Assembly (NCBI GenBank): GCA_965277715.1
Contig: OZ255836.1
Coordinates: forward strand, 3,200,001-3,264,000
Length of the DNA stretch: 64,000 nt
Direction of reading: 5' to 3'
DNA from: Gammaproteobacteria bacterium
GTDB taxonomy: Bacteria; Pseudomonadota; Gammaproteobacteria; JBCCGL01
Shown here one piece after another: positions 23,632-33,466 of this stretch. A program made the position numbers and the translations under genes. The notes under the pieces were generated by a model that saw only the letters and a list, made by a program, of their open reading frames with translations, was not told the origin of the DNA and did not search any database. Position 1 is the first letter of the stretch; the number at the start of each line of letters is the position of its first letter.

Positions 23632-24861
23632 TTATTTTTCTGGAAACAAACCCGGCATCCAGCGCGCTGCAAGCGTTGCGGGAAAAGCAAGGCGTAGGGG
23701 TGCACGGGTACTGTCAGAGAGTAAAACACCCCGGTTGAGTAGCGCCGATGTCACCCGGCGGGCGTTGCGCTCACTGGTACCGAGTATACCCACCACATCA
23801 GCACGTGGCAGTGTGCCGCGATAAAGCACGGCTTCCAGGACGGTAGTGGATTTTGGCGGTAGCCTACCCCCTTTTATCTCTTCCTCTGCCCAGATTGCGA
23901 TACGGTCGCGCAGGCGCCCCGGTTGCACCAAGGTTTCCATAAAATCCACCTGATCGATGCAGGTTTCAAGGAAGAAAGTGGCGAACTCAGCCAGCGCTTC
24001 TTCGCTCAAGTTCCCACGCCCATCGAGATCGTTACGACGCGCCAGGTCGCAAGCGGAAAGCGTCGCTATATACTGTCCCTGGTCGCGAGCAAGCCCTCTT
24101 GCGATTGACCAGATACCTCCGGTATCGAGTGTTTGTCGAAGCATTGCATAGGACATCAAACGTGACACGCGCCCGTTTCCATCAGGAAAAGGGTGTAACC
24201 AGAGTAAACGATGGTGTGCCGTAGCCACTGCGACAAGGGTGTCAACTTTGCCAAGCGTTGCATAAGCCTTTTCAAAGTGCTTCAAAAAGCGAGGCAACGC
24301 GCCAGGACTAACAGGAATATGGCGGCCCACTTTAACATCGTTTTCCCGTAAAGCCCCCGGCATTACTCTGATACGTTCGCCGGTTTCTGGGTTTTCTACC
24401 CAGAGCAAATCTTCCGGCAATAATGCGCAAAAACGCCGGTGCAGGGTAAGAATATTATCTACAGTGGTGATCTTGCCGGGAAGTCCGCCACCGTCAACCC
24501 ACTTTTGCACGGCAATATGTGCGCGAGCTTCCAGTTGCAAATCGCGCTTTTGCGGGTCTTGGCTATAATCATCATCGAGCGCTCGCTCGATATCGATAGG
24601 GTGTGTGTCGTGACCCTCAATAAGGTTGCTGTAGTAGCAATTCATCGAGCGAACCAGATCGGATAACGCCCCGACAATGCTATCCGGTAAACTACGGCGC
24701 AACCCGGTGGATTTAGCGGTTAATTCCACAGCGAGGTCGGATAGTGCCTCGCTATACCGGGCGTTCTGCTGTATCAGCATTGGTTCCGCCAGGGAGATAG
24801 CTTCACCGCGATCAACTGCCGGTATTTTGGCCGCTTTTATGGCCGTTTTGTTTTTACTCAT
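23632..24861 (-). CDS. Fic-family protein (class II-type, N-terminal autoinhibitory motif) with C-terminal winged-helix domain
   Basis: Catalytic motif HPFPDGNGRVSR; inhibitory motif SNLIEG; HTH-like C-terminus LPRADVVGILGTSERNARRVTSALL. Confidence 0.9.
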   Translation of the reverse strand: MSKNKTAIKAAKIPAVDRGEAISLAEPMLIQQNARYSEALSDLAVELTAKSTGLRRSLPDSIVGALSDLVRSMNCYYSNLIEGHDTHPIDIERALDDDYSQDPQKRDLQLEARAHIAVQKWVDGGGLPGKITTVDNILTLHRRFCALLPEDLLWVENPETGERIRVMPGALRENDVKVGRHIPVSPGALPRFLKHFEKAYATLGKVDTLVAVATAHHRLLWLHPFPDGNGRVSRLMSYAMLRQTLDTGGIWSIARGLARDQGQYIATLSACDLARRNDLDGRGNLSEEALAEFATFFLETCIDQVDFMETLVQPGRLRDRIAIWAEEEIKGGRLPPKSTTVLEAVLYRGTLPRADVVGILGTSERNARRVTSALLNRGVLLSDSTRAPLRLAFPATLAARWMPGLFPEK

Positions 24862-24942
24862 AAGCCAATAATATCACTGTCTTATAAGTTAATTCATTAA
24901 TTATCAGGCCACTATTATGGCCGCTTTACTGGCCGCTAGTAA
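24817..24942. promoter_or_regulatory. Two triplets of 12-bp GGCCGC-type direct repeats flanking the fic promoter/start (putative operator)
   Basis: TGCCGGTATTTT-GGCCGCTTTTAT-GGCCGTTTTGTT (24817-24852) and GGCCACTATTAT-GGCCGCTTTACT-GGCCGCTAGTAA (24907-24942). The regulatory role is inferred. Confidence 0.5.
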
Positions 24943-25027
24943 ATCGGAACTGTGAAAAGGAGCCGTAATCCGTGTATTTTAATTTCAATGCCTGCTCCAT
25001 TGTGTTCGTTCAAATGCACACTGCCCG

Positions 25028-25273
25028 TTAATTTATATCTAAAGCCACCCGCTTACGCTCTACAATATTATCCAAAACAAGCAGTTTGTCTGCACGGGAC
25101 ATAATCATCCACTCGCGAATTTCATCCTGGCTGCGGTAGCAGCCATCGCAAAACGGCGTCCCTTTAAACTGACATACCCGCACACAGGGTGAAGGCACGG
25201 AGTGATCGATTTCCCGGCGCCGCGACCCACGCCGATTTTGGCGGCGCCGCGCACCTTGCTGTTCATCTTGCAT
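25028..25273 (-). CDS. DUF1289-family small Cys-rich protein
   Basis: SPCVRVC...FCDGCYRSQDEIREW motif. Confidence 0.85.
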   Translation of the reverse strand: MQDEQQGARRRQNRRGSRRREIDHSVPSPCVRVCQFKGTPFCDGCYRSQDEIREWMIMSRADKLLVLDNIVERKRVALDIN

Positions 25274-25276
25274 AAA

Positions 25277-26941
25277 TTAAGCTAACTTTTTGTAACGCAC
25301 CCGGTGGGGCTGTGCCGCCTCATCACCTAAACGCTGTTTGCGGTCTGCTTCGTATTCTGTGTAGTTACCCTGATAGAACACTACCCGTGAATCGTCTTCG
25401 TAAGCCAATATATGCGTCGCTACCCGGTCGAGAAACCAGCGGTCATGCGAGATAACAATCGCCGCACCCGGAAAGTCCAGCAGGGCTTCTTCCAGTGCGC
25501 GCAAGGTTTCCACATCGAGGTCATTTGATGGCTCATCGAGCAGCAATACATTGGCGCCTTGTTTCAGGGTTAGCGCCAGGTGCAAGCGCCCACGCTCACC
25601 GCCTGAGAGGTCTTTAACAGACTTTTGCTGATCCGCGCCTTTGAAGTTAAACCGGCCACAGTAGTTGCGCGAGGGCACTTCGTAATGGCCGATGCGAATA
25701 ATATCCAACCCATCAGAGATCATTTCAAATACGGTTTTATCACCATCGAGCGCGTCACGGCTTTGATCAACACAGGCGATTTGCACGGTTTCACCTATAT
25801 CGATACTGCCCTGATCCGGCTGCTCGGCGCCGGTGATCATCCTAAATAAAGTCGACTTGCCCGCGCCATTGCCACCGATGACGCCGACAATAGAACCAGC
25901 GGGCATAATAAACGATAGGTCATCGATCAATACGCGCTCACCATAACCTTTACTGACACCGTTGAATTCAATCACTTTATCGCCGAGCCGCTCGCCGGGT
26001 GGAATATAGATTTCATTGGTTTCACTGCGTTTTTGAAATTCCTGGGACTGCAATTCAGCAAAGCGTTGTAAACGGGCTTTCGATTTTGACTGGCGCGCCT
26101 TAGCGCCCTGGCGTACCCATTCCAACTCAGCTTTCATCGTCTTGGCGTGTGACGAGGCCTGCTTGGCCTCCTGCTCCAGGCGTGACGCTTTGGCTTCCAA
26201 CCAGCCCGAGTAATTGCCTTCATAGGGAATACCCTGACCTCGATCCAGCTCAAGAATCCAACCCGCCACATTATCGAGAAAATAGCGGTCATGGGTAATC
26301 GCAACCACCGTACCGGGAAAATCGTGCAGGAAATGCTCCAGCCAGGCGACCGAATCGGCGTCGAGGTGGTTAGTCGGCTCATCCAGCAACAACATATCCG
26401 GGGCAGATAACAACAAACGGCACAGTGCCACCCGGCGCTTTTCACCACCGGACAAGTGACCGACATTCGCCTCCCACGCTGGCAGCCGCAAAGCGTCGGC
26501 GGCGACATCGAGCTGACGCTCAAGATTATGCCCATCAGCCGCTTGCAATATTGCCTCCAGCTTTGCCTGCTCGGTGGCGAGCGCATCAAAATCGGCATCC
26601 GGCTCCGCATAAGCGGCATACACCTCATCGAGCCGCGCCTGCGCCGACTTCACCTCATCGACCGACTCCTCGACCACCTCACGCACCGTTTTTGCCGGAT
26701 CGAGCTGTGGCTCCTGCGGCAAATACCCCACATTAATACCGGGCATCGGCTTAGCCTCACCTTCAATCTCAGTATCCACCCCCGCCATAATCCGCAACAG
26801 CGTCGACTTACCCGCACCGTTTAAACCGAGTACACCAATCTTCGCGCCGGGGAAAAATGACAGAGAAATATTCTTGAGTATCTCGCGCTTGGGGGGCACC
26901 ACCTTACCAACGCGGTGCATACTGTAAACATACTGGGCCAT
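25277..26941 (-). CDS. ettA: Energy-dependent translational throttle A (ABC-F ATPase)
   Basis: Begins MAQYVYSMHRVGKVVPPKREILKNISLSFFPGAKIG; two ABC cassettes; 554 aa. Confidence 0.97.
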   Translation of the reverse strand: MAQYVYSMHRVGKVVPPKREILKNISLSFFPGAKIGVLGLNGAGKSTLLRIMAGVDTEIEGEAKPMPGINVGYLPQEPQLDPAKTVREVVEESVDEVKSAQARLDEVYAAYAEPDADFDALATEQAKLEAILQAADGHNLERQLDVAADALRLPAWEANVGHLSGGEKRRVALCRLLLSAPDMLLLDEPTNHLDADSVAWLEHFLHDFPGTVVAITHDRYFLDNVAGWILELDRGQGIPYEGNYSGWLEAKASRLEQEAKQASSHAKTMKAELEWVRQGAKARQSKSKARLQRFAELQSQEFQKRSETNEIYIPPGERLGDKVIEFNGVSKGYGERVLIDDLSFIMPAGSIVGVIGGNGAGKSTLFRMITGAEQPDQGSIDIGETVQIACVDQSRDALDGDKTVFEMISDGLDIIRIGHYEVPSRNYCGRFNFKGADQQKSVKDLSGGERGRLHLALTLKQGANVLLLDEPSNDLDVETLRALEEALLDFPGAAIVISHDRWFLDRVATHILAYEDDSRVVFYQGNYTEYEADRKQRLGDEAAQPHRVRYKKLA

Positions 26942-27010
26942 AGATTACCTGTGAGGCAGTGTTTTCGAGGAACGCAAAACTAACCGATGCCCAGACAATG
27001 GGCAAGCGAT

Positions 27011-27032
27011 AGCAACGCAGGAGCAGTTGCCG
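27011..27032 (+). repeat. Partial copy of dispersed GGA-hairpin repeat (AGCAACGCAGGAGCAGTTGCCG)
   Basis: The same core is present in the copies at 35158-35255 and 50029-50124. Confidence 0.7.
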
Positions 27033-27126
27033 GGGAGTTGCCGAGGAGCGGTAGCTTCGCCTGTAAAGCGCAAAGAAACACACCAAAACACCGCGAGCGA
27101 AACCGCAACTACCCCACACACATAGT

Positions 27127-28338
27127 CTACAAAGAATCCAACAACTCAATCCAATGAACCACCGGCACCTCCGTCCCCGACTGCAAATGATACATACATC
27201 CCATATTCGCCGTAGCAATCAATGAAGGCGCATTTAACTGCAAAGCATCAAGCTTTTGCTGCCGCAGACTTTTCGCCAACCCAGGCTGTAATAGGGAATA
27301 AGTACCGGCCGAACCACAACACAAATGTTTATCTACCACCGGCACAAGATCAAACCCCAGTTTTTCCAGCAACGATTCCACCCGCCCCGGCAATTTCTGC
27401 GCATGTTGCAAAGTACACGGCGGATGAAAGGCAATCGGCTGTTTATGTGCGCTCACATTAAGCACTTGCAGATTCTCCTGCTGCAACACTTCAACAATGT
27501 CTTTACACAGCGCCGAAACCCGCACCGCTTTTTCTGCGTAATCCGGGTCATCGCGCAAAATATCACCGTAATCTTTAACCACCGCACCACAGCCGCTGGC
27601 ATTAACCACAATCGCCTCAGCACCCGCCTGAATGGCAGGCCACCAGGCGTCAATATTGGCCCGCATAAATTTCCTGGCATTGGTTTTATCGTGGGTGTGG
27701 TAACTGGCAGCGCCACAGCAACCGGACGCGGGTGCAGGCGCAATGCCAATACCGAGTTTGTCGAGCACACGCTGTGTCGCAGCATTGATATTGGGTGCCA
27801 TCGCGGGCTGGGCGCAGCCGTTTAACAAGAGCATTGTGCGGGGGTGCCGGGCGCCCGGCACACTGCCCGGTGCGCGTCGTGGGTAAATTTTGGCACGCAA
27901 AACAGCAGGCAACAGTGGCCGAAAAATCTGCCCAAGGCGAATCAGAGGGCCAATGCGTTTGGGGTATGGGATGATTTTCAGCAGACAGGCACGGAACCAG
28001 CGCTCCCGCCACGGGCGGGCGACTTTCTCTTCAACCAGGGATTTGCCAATCTCAAGCAGTTGCCCATAGCGCACACCGGAGGGGCAGGTGGTTTCGCAGT
28101 TAAGGCAGCTCAGGCAACGGTCGAGGTGTCGCTGGGTGTTGCGTGTGGGGGTGGCGCCTTCGAGTACTTCTTTTATCTGGTAGATACGCCCACGCGGCCC
28201 GTCAAGCTCGTCACCGAGCAATTGGTAGGTGGGGCAAGTGGCCGTACAAAACCCACAGTGCACACATTTGCCGAGGATATCTCTGGCGCGTTTGCCCTCT
28301 GGGGTGTCTTTGATAACGTCGGCAAGGCGTGTATCCAT
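27127..28338 (-). CDS. glcF: Glycolate oxidase iron-sulfur subunit
   Basis: CVHCGFCTATCP and CLSCLNCETTCP ferredoxin motifs, two CCG domains, downstream of glcDE. Confidence 0.95.
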   Translation of the reverse strand: MDTRLADVIKDTPEGKRARDILGKCVHCGFCTATCPTYQLLGDELDGPRGRIYQIKEVLEGATPTRNTQRHLDRCLSCLNCETTCPSGVRYGQLLEIGKSLVEEKVARPWRERWFRACLLKIIPYPKRIGPLIRLGQIFRPLLPAVLRAKIYPRRAPGSVPGARHPRTMLLLNGCAQPAMAPNINAATQRVLDKLGIGIAPAPASGCCGAASYHTHDKTNARKFMRANIDAWWPAIQAGAEAIVVNASGCGAVVKDYGDILRDDPDYAEKAVRVSALCKDIVEVLQQENLQVLNVSAHKQPIAFHPPCTLQHAQKLPGRVESLLEKLGFDLVPVVDKHLCCGSAGTYSLLQPGLAKSLRQQKLDALQLNAPSLIATANMGCMYHLQSGTEVPVVHWIELLDSL

Positions 28339-28340
28339 AT

Positions 28341-29432
28341 TTATTCAGCATCCTGTGCGTACATTCGCCCTGGATTAAAAATACCCTGGGGATCGAAAGC
28401 GTGTTTAACCGCCCGGTTAAGGCGTTGCTGGATGGAATTTAAAGGGTGGAAAACAGCTTGTACCGGCGAGTCTTTGGCGCGGCGGAAACACACGGCGTGT
28501 GCCGCGTGTTTTTCAGCGATGGCCCGGATTGATGCGGCATTATCGCGGCTGAAAAACCAGCGCTGGGCGCCGCCCCAGTCGATAAGCTGCTCACCCAGGC
28601 CTGCAATTACTGGCGTCGCTGGCGGCAGCGATAAGCGCCATAAGTCGCCCTTGTCCTCGATCTGGCCCTCACCCTGGGTAAAGAACGCCAATGTGTGCTC
28701 GCGCAGTTGTTGCCACAAGCTATTGTCTTGCAGGTCTCCACCGAGTTTTTGGCGCGCTGCGCTAACCCCGGCGTGTGCGCCAGACAAGCGCAGCCACAGG
28801 TGTTTATCGCAATACGCCGCTGCGGACAGCGGGCACGGTGTGAGGCCGATGTCGGCGATGGTATCGATGGCCGCTTGGGCGTTCATCGCCAGAGCCAGGG
28901 TAATTTCGGTTTCAGGTTTGGGCAGCACTTTTATCGAGACATCGAGGATTACACCAAGGGTGCCGAGTGCGCCTGTCATCAAGCGGGATACGTCGTAACC
29001 GGCCACATTTTTCATCACTTCACCGCCAAAGCGCAGCACTTCACCGCGCCCGTTGATGATGTGCATACCCAGCACCAGATCACGCGCCGCACCACCCCAG
29101 GGACGGCGTGAGCCAGACAGTCCACAGGCGATAGTGCCACCCAGCGTCGCACCAGGGCCGAAGTGGGGCGGCTCAAATGGCAGTAGCTGGTGATGTTCGT
29201 CGAGCGTTTTTTCCAGTTCGACAAGCGGCGTGCCTGCACGTGCAGTAATCACCAGTTCACTCGGTGTGTAGTTGATGATTCCGCTGTGACCACTGATATC
29301 CAGCAACTCTCCGCTGACCGGGCGCCCATAAAAATCTTTGCTACCCCCCGCCCGTAGGTGTAGCGGTGTCTGCTTATCGAGTGCCTGTGCGACAGCGGTT
29401 TGCAGCGTTGCAGTGTGGTCACAATGGTTCAT
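28341..29432 (-). CDS. glcE: Glycolate oxidase FAD-binding subunit
   Basis: PSELVITARAGTPL, FEPPHFG and GGEVMKNVAGYDVSRL motifs. Start corrected to the ATG at 29432 (MNHCDH), just after the glcD stop. Confidence 0.93.
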   Translation of the reverse strand: MNHCDHTATLQTAVAQALDKQTPLHLRAGGSKDFYGRPVSGELLDISGHSGIINYTPSELVITARAGTPLVELEKTLDEHHQLLPFEPPHFGPGATLGGTIACGLSGSRRPWGGAARDLVLGMHIINGRGEVLRFGGEVMKNVAGYDVSRLMTGALGTLGVILDVSIKVLPKPETEITLALAMNAQAAIDTIADIGLTPCPLSAAAYCDKHLWLRLSGAHAGVSAARQKLGGDLQDNSLWQQLREHTLAFFTQGEGQIEDKGDLWRLSLPPATPVIAGLGEQLIDWGGAQRWFFSRDNAASIRAIAEKHAAHAVCFRRAKDSPVQAVFHPLNSIQQRLNRAVKHAFDPQGIFNPGRMYAQDAE

Positions 29433-29451
29433 CGGTTCAATCGGGGTCGGC

Positions 29452-30966
29452 TCAAAATCGGGGGAGATGGGGGTGGGGTAGCTGGTTGTTGTGTACGTGC
29501 ATGGCGCCAAATTCAGCGCAGCGGTGCAGCGTGGGCACGGCTTTACCGGGGTTGAGTAGCGCAAGTGGGTCGAAGGCGCGTTTGAGCGCGTGGAACTGTT
29601 CGCGCTCGGCGTCGTTAAACTGTACACACATTTGGTTGATTTTCTCCATGCCGACCCCGTGCTCACCCGTGATGGTGCCGCCAACTTCAACACACAGTTC
29701 GAGGATTTTACCGCCGAGTTCCTCGGTTTTTTCCAGCTCACCGGGCACGCTGGCATCGTACAGGATCAGCGGGTGCAGATTGCCATCGCCCGCGTGAAAG
29801 ACATTCGCCACACGCAAACCGTAGTGGTCAGATAGTGCGGCCATTTTTTGCAATACCTCGGGCAACCGAGAGCGCGGGATGGTGCCATCCATGCAGTAGT
29901 AGTCTGGCGAGATACGCCCCACGGCGGGAAATGCCGCCTTGCGACCGGCCCAGAAGCGCTGGCGTTCGGCCTCATCGCGTGCCAGGCGCACTTCGCTGGC
30001 ACCGCAGCGCTCGGCAATGCGCTGCACTTCGCCAATCTGCTGCGTTACTTCGGCGGTACTGCCGTCCAGTTCACATAACATAATCGCGGCGGCATCGATC
30101 GGGTAGCCTGCGTGAAGAAAATCCTCGGCGGCGCGCAGCGACAGTTGATCCATCATCTCCATGCCACCGGGGATGATACCGGCACCGATCACCTCGCCGA
30201 CCATTTTGCCGGCGTCGAGTACCTCGTCGAATGCCGCCATCACCACTTGCGCACACGCCGGTTTGGGTATCAGTTTAACGCGTATTTCGACGATGATGCC
30301 GAGCAGCCCTTCGGAGCCGGTAATCACCGCGAGTAAGTCGTAGCCCGGTGAGTCGAGAGCGGCACTGCCCAGCGTGACCCGCTCACCGTCGACGGTGACG
30401 ATGGTGACATCGAGGATATTGTGCACGGTCAGGCCGTACTTCAAACAATGTACGCCGCCGGAATTTTCCGCGACATTGCCGCCAATAGTGCAGGCGATTT
30501 GCGATGAGGGATCGGGAGCGTAGTAGAGATTGTGCTGCGCGACGGCCTCGCTGATGGCGATATTGCGCACCCCCGGCTGCACGCGGGCGCTGCGGTTTTT
30601 ACTATCGACCGCGAGGATGCGGTTAAAGCGTGCCAGACTGAGCACAATGCCGCTGGCAAAGGGCAGTGCCCCGCCGGATAGGCCAGTTCCTGCACCCCGC
30701 GCCACCACCGGCACACGGCGTGCGTGGCACAGACACATAACCGCTTGTACCTGCTCAATGGTATCGGGCAGTACCACCGCCATAGGCACCTGGCGGTAAG
30801 CCGACAGGCCATCGCACTCGTAGGGTTTTAACTCTTCAGGTGCGCTGAGTACACCGACTCCAGCCCGATACCCCGGTGCTTGGCCACTGGGCACAAGTGC
30901 GCGCAAATCGGCAATCAGTCGATCGCGGTCGACAGCCGGAAAGTCGAATGTTTCGTTTATCTGCAT
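29452..30966 (-). CDS. glcD: Glycolate oxidase subunit GlcD (FAD-linked oxidase)
   Basis: PDPSSQIACTIGGNVAENSGGVHCLKYG, FHAGDGNLHP and GEHGVG motifs. Start at 30966 or 31008 is uncertain. Confidence 0.95.
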   Translation of the reverse strand: MQINETFDFPAVDRDRLIADLRALVPSGQAPGYRAGVGVLSAPEELKPYECDGLSAYRQVPMAVVLPDTIEQVQAVMCLCHARRVPVVARGAGTGLSGGALPFASGIVLSLARFNRILAVDSKNRSARVQPGVRNIAISEAVAQHNLYYAPDPSSQIACTIGGNVAENSGGVHCLKYGLTVHNILDVTIVTVDGERVTLGSAALDSPGYDLLAVITGSEGLLGIIVEIRVKLIPKPACAQVVMAAFDEVLDAGKMVGEVIGAGIIPGGMEMMDQLSLRAAEDFLHAGYPIDAAAIMLCELDGSTAEVTQQIGEVQRIAERCGASEVRLARDEAERQRFWAGRKAAFPAVGRISPDYYCMDGTIPRSRLPEVLQKMAALSDHYGLRVANVFHAGDGNLHPLILYDASVPGELEKTEELGGKILELCVEVGGTITGEHGVGMEKINQMCVQFNDAEREQFHALKRAFDPLALLNPGKAVPTLHRCAEFGAMHVHNNQLPHPHLPRF

Positions 30967-31039
30967 GTTGTATGATGGGGCAAAACCTGTGGCAGATGAT
31001 TCTGCCATATTCCTAACCGTTTATGTCGACTGTCCGCTA

Positions 31040-31393
31040 ATGATGCAACCTATTGAAGCCCACGCTGGCGAAGCCCGTAGTGGGGTATCTGTTTCCATGG
31101 TGGCTTTATTGCCATTGTTATTAATTCCGCTGGTTATCAGTGGGTTTTTCCTCGTCTATGCGCTGGTCGGTCTGGTGCTGGAGGGCGATAGCCTAATCCG
31201 CTGGCGCAATGAAGCCTGGAGCGTTTCCTGGCCCACAGCGTCTATCCAGCTCGGTGTGTGCGTTTGCATTATTGCCTACGCCCGGTATAAAAAACTGCCC
31301 TGGGGACATCTGTTGAACTGGTCGAGCATCGCGCACGGTGTGTTGATGTTATCGCTGGCGATGGTTGTCTACGCCCTCACGCATTTAGCCTAA
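31040..31393 (+). CDS. Hypothetical membrane protein
   Basis: Three hydrophobic segments; divergent from glcD and upstream of the VanZ-like gene. Start uncertain. Confidence 0.55.
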   Translation: MMQPIEAHAGEARSGVSVSMVALLPLLLIPLVISGFFLVYALVGLVLEGDSLIRWRNEAWSVSWPTASIQLGVCVCIIAYARYKKLPWGHLLNWSSIAHGVLMLSLAMVVYALTHLA

Positions 31394-31410
31394 TCACCGC
31401 TCTGCCCGTA

Positions 31411-31821
31411 ATGACCCGCTTTTCTGGTCTATTGGTACGTACACAACTTCGCTGGTTCAAGGTGTGGCTGGCACTGGGTATTTGCCTGATCGCCGCTGTA
31501 TTTTATCTATCGCTGACCCCGGTATCGATGCCTATGCCGCAGGAGCACTTCGATAAGCTGTATCACGCGGCAACTTACACGCTGATGATGGCCTGGTTTA
31601 TCCAGCTCTACCGGGGGGCGCGCAGCTATTTGCTGCTGGCGTGTGGTTTTATTGTGATGGGCGCGTCGATAGAAGTACTTCAGGGCTTCCACCCCATGCG
31701 CTATTTTGATGTGTTGGATATGTTGGCCAACGCAGTGGGTGTGGTGGTGGTATGGATTTTTGCTGGCGGGCGGCTGGCCACCTTATTGTGGCGCCTTGAG
31801 CAACGGTTTCAGGTTGATTAA
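31411..31821 (+). CDS. VanZ-family membrane protein
   Basis: DKLYHAATY, IEVLQGFHPMR and DMLANAVG motifs. Confidence 0.85.
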   Translation: MTRFSGLLVRTQLRWFKVWLALGICLIAAVFYLSLTPVSMPMPQEHFDKLYHAATYTLMMAWFIQLYRGARSYLLLACGFIVMGASIEVLQGFHPMRYFDVLDMLANAVGVVVVWIFAGGRLATLLWRLEQRFQVD

Positions 31822-31833
31822 AACTGCCACTAC

Positions 31834-33225
31834 CTATTTATGCATCCGGTTCCATGCATCCAGTGCCGCTATTTTGTAGGCTTCTGCCAGGGTTGGGTAG
31901 TTAAACGCATTGTCGAGAAAGTACTCCAGTGTACCCTTTAAAGTCAGCACGGCCTGGCCAATATGGATCAACTCGGTAGCGCCCTCACCGAGAATATGGA
32001 CACCGAGCAGACGTTTGGTTTTCAGTGAAAAAATCGCCTTTAACATGCCCCCCCGCAAGCCCATGATTTGCCCGCGTGAGGTTTCAGACAAACGGGCAAC
32101 ACCGCATTCATACGGAATTTTGCGCTTGCGTACTTCTTCCTCTGACATGCCGATGGTAGAAATTTCCGGCACTGAGTAAATACCATAGGGGAAGTGCTTA
32201 GGTGAGTGGTGCACTTCCTGCCCCAGCGCATGGCAGGCGGCGATACGGCCCTGCTCCATTGAGGTTGACGCCAGGCTGGGAAAGCCAATCACATCGCCCA
32301 CTGCGTAGATATGTTTCACATCGGTTTGAAAGCAATTGTTTACAGCGAGCTTGCCACGTGCATCGGCAACCAGGCCGCAGTTATCGAGCTGCAACTGTGC
32401 GGTGGCACCGCTGCGCCCGGCGGCGTACAGCACCATATCCGATTTTACGGTGCGCATGCTCTCCAGTTGGGTAATGCATTTGCCCTCGCTGTCGATAGTG
32501 ATGCCTTCAACATTTTCACCCAGGCGTAACGTCATACCGCGATAGCGCATATGATGAATAAAATCGTCGATCAACTCCTGATCGACGAACTGCAGAATTT
32601 CTGACCGGCTTTCAATCAACGAGACACTGACATCCAGCGCGCTGAAAATAGTGGCGTATTCCACGCCGATAACGCCACCACCGACGACGGCAATCGAACC
32701 AGGGATTTGTTGCAGGTTCAATATCTCATCACAATCGACAATTTGCCTGCCATTGAAGGGAATGCTTTTGGGTCGATAGGGCTGAGTGCCGGTGGCCAGT
32801 ACAATAAACTCACCACAGTATTGTTGGCGCTCTTCATTTTCGCCGATAACTTCGACAGTGTGTGGGTCGACAAAATGCGCACGACCGCACACTGTGGTGA
32901 CCTGGTTGCGGGCAAACTGGTGTTCGAGGGTTTCCACCTCGTGGTTGAGGGTGAGTTTTAGGCGTTGCAGTAGATCGCTCGCGGTGATGTCCTGCTTGAC
33001 ACGGTAGCTTCGCCCGTAAAATTCCCGCTCGCGCCAACCGGATAAATTCAACACCGTCTCACGCAATGTTTTGCTGGGAATAGTCCCGGTGTGCACGGAA
33101 ACCCCACCGACGCGGTGACCTTTTTCGATCACCACAACACGCTTGCCTAATTTGGCCGCCTGAATGGCAGCGCGGCGGCCACCGGGGCCACTACCTATAA
33201 TGACCAGATCGTATTTATTGTTCAT
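31834..33225 (-). CDS. sthA: Soluble Si-specific NAD(P)+ transhydrogenase
   Basis: GSGPGG, HTGTIPSKTLRE (no redox CxxxxC) and FNYPTLAEAYKIAA motifs. Confidence 0.93.
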   Translation of the reverse strand: MNNKYDLVIIGSGPGGRRAAIQAAKLGKRVVVIEKGHRVGGVSVHTGTIPSKTLRETVLNLSGWREREFYGRSYRVKQDITASDLLQRLKLTLNHEVETLEHQFARNQVTTVCGRAHFVDPHTVEVIGENEERQQYCGEFIVLATGTQPYRPKSIPFNGRQIVDCDEILNLQQIPGSIAVVGGGVIGVEYATIFSALDVSVSLIESRSEILQFVDQELIDDFIHHMRYRGMTLRLGENVEGITIDSEGKCITQLESMRTVKSDMVLYAAGRSGATAQLQLDNCGLVADARGKLAVNNCFQTDVKHIYAVGDVIGFPSLASTSMEQGRIAACHALGQEVHHSPKHFPYGIYSVPEISTIGMSEEEVRKRKIPYECGVARLSETSRGQIMGLRGGMLKAIFSLKTKRLLGVHILGEGATELIHIGQAVLTLKGTLEYFLDNAFNYPTLAEAYKIAALDAWNRMHK

Positions 33226-33466
33226 TGGCTCGCTTCAGGGCGTTTTTGAATAAATAGCTATAGCGACAGGCGAGGGACAAACCATGAGCGCTATTTACAC
33301 ACAATCGTTTACTGTGTGGTTCACGTATCCGCCTTCATTGCGAATTATTTGTTCAAATGCTGGTTCAAAGTTAGCCATACCCTCTCCCTATTTAAAGTGG
33401 TGTTACTACCCTATTTATAATACGCTCTTATAAATAACTGACAAGTTTCTAATCAAAAGGCCCATT

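Noticed and set aside
27844-28998. 384-aa plus-strand ORF and similar long antisense ORFs over core genes (e.g. 44236-45123)
   Set aside because: They lie opposite well-supported genes (glcEF, MCP) and show no family motifs.
29433-29756. 108-aa N-terminal extension of glcE in the ORF track
   Set aside because: It overlaps the glcD 3' end in another frame; the glcE-like sequence begins at 29432.
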